Source: Lama glama | Taxonomy: Eukaryota | NCBI GenBank assembly: GCA_028534125.1 | Contig: CM052816.1 | Location: 16,122,001-16,186,000, forward strand | Length of the DNA: 64,000 bases | Direction: 5' to 3' | Shown: positions 60,361-64,000 of the stretch, one piece after another | Position numbering within the stretch: position 1 is the stretch's first letter | Layout of the letters: every line of letters starts with the position of its first letter | The notes under the pieces: model-generated | The model's input: the letters and a program-made list of their open reading frames with translations, nothing else | What the model was told of the DNA's origin: nothing | Databases searched by the model: none | Made by a program: the position numbers and the translations under genes

Positions 60361-61169
60361 GTGGGTTCAAGTAATAGAGGGCAGAGTGACAACTACCAAG
60401 TTCCAGAAGAATAAAAGAAAAAAGGGGCAGAGGTAGGATCTGAATATTCTATATTTGATGGAAGACACCAACCAACATGTTTAAGAAGCCCAAGAATCTC
60501 AGAAGAAGGATAAATAAAAACCAAGATACATTACAAACTGCAAAATATCAAAGAGAATTTTAAAAGCAAAAACAAACAAGACATTATTTAAAAATAAAAA
60601 GCAACGAGAAAAACCAGCTGCTTCTCAACAACAATAATGAAAAGCAAAAGACTATGCTGAAAGAAAATAACTGCAAACCCAGACTGCTAGAACCCTGGAA
60701 ACAAATGAACTAGAAATTTTCCATCTTTATATTTAGGAATAGTTTGAGTAAAAAGAATTATGGGATTACTGAAGATAAATAATTTTAAAATTATAAGGGC
60801 TTGGTACTTTTTAAACAAGTATATCATTAACTACCTTTGTTTTTCTTGCTCTGATTGGTCTATTCAGGTTTTCTATCTCTCTGGTTAACTATCATAATTT
60901 ATATTTCACTAAAATTCCATTTCTCCAAAATTTCAACTGTTCTAAAACTGCACAGAATATAAACGATTCTAATTTCTTCTATTTCATAGCCAACTTAATT
61001 AAGCTAACTTAATCTTTTCCTCAATTAGGCCTACCAGGGATTTATTGTAGAAAAAAAAAATTTTAGCTTTGCAATTTGCAGACCAGTGAGTGTAATAAAC
61101 TCTTCACTTATGAAAAAGAGGCAGATCTGTGTGTGTGTTCAGATTGCAAATGCATAAAATCTCTGGAAA

Positions 61170-61925
61170 GATATAAAAGAAACTGTGAAGCAAATCGTAT
61201 CTGATAAGGGACTTGTACCTAGAATATATAAAGAACTATTACAACTCAACAATAAGAGGACAAATAACCAACTTAAAAATGAACAAAGGACCTGAATAGA
61301 CAGTTCTCTAAAGGCCAATAAACATGAAAAGATGCTCAACATCATTAACCATCAGGGAAGTGCAAATCAAAACCACAATGAGATACTACTTTGTATTAGA
61401 ATAGCTCTAATAAAAAAAGACAGATAATAACAAGTATTGGTGAAAATGTGGAGAAACTGGAACCCTCATTTGCTACAAGTGGGAATGTTAAAATGGTGCA
61501 GCTGCTTTGTAAAACAGCCTCGCAGTTCCTCTAAAGATTAAACATGGAATTGCCTCATAACCAGCAATTTCACTCCAACGCATACACCCAAGAGAAATGA
61601 AAATATGTCTACACAAAAACTTATACAAACATTCATAGCAGTATTCTTAATAGCCAAAAAGTGGACACAACCCAAAGATCCACCAGCTGATAAATGAATA
61701 CTGAAAACACTATGCTAAGTGAAAGAAGCCAGTCGCAAAGGAACACATACTGCATGGCAGATAAGGGATAGGAGGTTTCTTTCTGGGGCAATGAAAATGT
61801 TCTAAAATTGATTCTGGTAATGTATACACAACTTTAAACATACTAAAAACTAATGTATATTTAAATGGGTAAACTGCATGGTTTATGAATTATAGCTCAG
61901 TAAGAGCTGCTAAAAACAAACAAAA
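61170..61925 (+). mobile_element. LINE-1 ORF2 C-terminus/3'UTR fragment
   Basis: tctgataagggacttgtacctagaatatataaagaac...aaaagatgctcaacatcatta...gcaaatcaaaaccacaatgagatac. Confidence 0.85.
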
Positions 61926-64000
61926 ACCTGAGAACTCTGGTTGTCTACAGGGAAAAGAACTGAGTGGCCACAGATTTTTTTGTGTCTTTTGAGTTTTGAA
62001 TGCATTACTTATTTACAATTTCATCTTTCATAAACAGACTCCTACTTTTGGTTTTATTTATCTTTTCTACTTATTTTTATTGTATTAATTTTAGTCTTCT
62101 CACGTTATTTCCCTTTCCTTTCTACATAATTTCAAGTTGTTGTTTTTCAAGTTGACAAACGTGTTTAACTTTCACTTAAAATTTCATATCTATAAATTTA
62201 CTCAGAACTTTTAATATACAATAGTTATTAATTTTAGGTAATTATAAATTATTTCATTCATAGTGAGCCAGAGATTATTTGAAAGAATATTCTTTTAATC
62301 TCCAAGTGGTTAAGGCTCTTTTGGTTACTTATTGATGCCTGATTTCTAGTTTTACTTTATTATGTTATAAAATGCAGCCAGAAAACCTTTTCATTTGAGA
62401 ATTTATTACAGTTTTGTTTGAAGACAACTACTAATTTTTACAAAATGTTCCTTGGGCCTAAAGAGAAAAATATGTGATTTCTATTTCTAACATACATAAA
62501 TGATGTATGTATGTTTGATCTGATTTTTTTTTTTACTTCATCTGTTAAATTCTGAAAGTGATGTACTCAAGTTCTCTAGTATAATAGCTAGATTTCTTGA
62601 CCCAGTCTGAGAATCTGTCTCATAGAGAAATAACAATTTTGGTAAGTGATGCTTGAAGTTTTGTCTTTCATCATAATTTCATGTTTACTTTTCTTAGTTT
62701 CTTTTTACTTTTGATTCCTGTAATGTTTATTTTCCTATTTTAAGCAGATTTTAAAGAAATACTTGATTTACTTTTTCTGTAACTTACAAACTACTGTGGA
62801 ATCTGTTTGGTTTTTTCCCCCAGTTTAGATATAATTGACATACAGCACTGTGTAAGTTTAAGATATACAGCGTAATGATTTGACATACATCTATTGTGAA
62901 ATTAAAGCTTATACTTAAAAAAAAAAAACCAAACCAAAAAAACCCCCCAAAAGACTCCATACACCCACAATCAATTCAAGACATTTAGAATGCTTTTCCT
63001 TCTTCAGTAAACTGAAAACAATGCCTGCTCCCAAAGCAAGATCTTTAGAATGAGTTTACTTATCCACTTTCTCTCCCCACCCCATCTCCTGAGTTTGTGG
63101 AAACACTTTAGCACTGTTAGATCTATACTATTAGGTTTTCCCTTACAGTGTGTTTAGTTTTAAATAATCATCTTCCCTTGACATCTTTGTTTTGGCTTAA
63201 TATTTCTTCAAAAGGTTATGGTGGGATATAAATTTCTAAGTTACTTAATGTCTTAAAATGTCTTTTCCTTTCATATCAAGCAGGACAATTTAGACTTCTG
63301 TCCTTTCTGTCAATCACCTACAATATTCCAGCTTGCACTATTGTAGAAAATCAATTTTCTTTCCTTTGTAAATATGCTGTTTAGCTGAGAGCCTAATACC
63401 TAAATTCAGAACTTTCACCAGGTTCTGAAAAGGTGAGAGCAGTTTTTTTTCCTATTAATGCTTCCTGGCACTTTCAATCTACAAAGTCATCTTTAGCTGT
63501 TTCTTTCCCCTTCTAAAATGCCTCTTACACATAATAGTTTCCAGCAGTGTCCAAACTTTTGTGGTCTCTACAAAATTTTAAAATATGAAAATCTTTTAAG
63601 TTTTAGAAAGTCTCCCTCTTTGTTCATCTCTTAAGAATTCTTATTAATCACTTCATGATGTATTTAAATCAAATCATTATGCTGTATACTTTAAACTTAT
63701 AGTGCTGTATGTCAATTATATCTCAATAAAACTGGAAGAAAAATTAAATACATTAACTCTAAAAAAAAGACATCTCATTAAAATTCAAACAGAATTCTCT
63801 TATGCCTTTCATTAAACTGACTCCATAGATACACTACCTTTTCTTATTCCATTGCACTCTACTTTGAACTACTGTAGACTCCTTAACCTTATTTGTACAC
63901 ATATAGTATATAGTGTGTGTATATATATGTATACACACACACACACATTTTAGTGTACTAGTTGTCCCTCCAGTAGTTAGTGAGAGAAGATAAAGAAATT

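Noticed and set aside
60044..60370. 108-aa - strand ORF
   Set aside because: Antisense shadow of the UBA52 retrocopy
1..64000. CRISPR arrays, operons, prokaryotic or viral systems, snoRNA/miRNA genes
   Set aside because: The window is intron-containing mammalian DNA. I saw no repeat-spacer arrays or convincing structured RNA genes, but an Rfam/Infernal scan would be needed to exclude small RNAs

Overview
Mammalian genomic DNA, very probably from a camelid (eight copies of a camelid-type tRNA-derived SINE), syntenic with human 5q31.2. On the + strand it holds the 3' half of DNAJC18 (5 coding exons), complete SPATA24 (6 exons, 205 aa), intronless PROB1 (1015 aa), MZB1 (4 exons, 187 aa) and SLC23A1/SVCT1 (14 coding exons, 599 aa, plus a probable distal non-coding exon). 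On the - strand it holds the three coding exons of PAIP2 (124 aa); its first exon lies beyond the window. I assembled exon chains by hand from GT-AG boundaries and they give uninterrupted frames. Non-genic DNA is mostly L1, L2, MIR, MLT1, hAT and SINE remnants, one solo LTR with a 4-bp TSD, and one UBA52 retrocopy with a TSD. Gene and repeat names come from recalled sequences, not database searches. I see no wholly new biological system. The most interesting points are architectural: SLC23A1 and PAIP2 appear interleaved on opposite strands, an antisense solo LTR sits in the PROB1 3'UTR, PROB1 carries a degenerate Trp-anchored SPSP repeat array, the SPATA24 stop codon lies inside its poly(A) signal, and the SVCT1 first exon is shortened.
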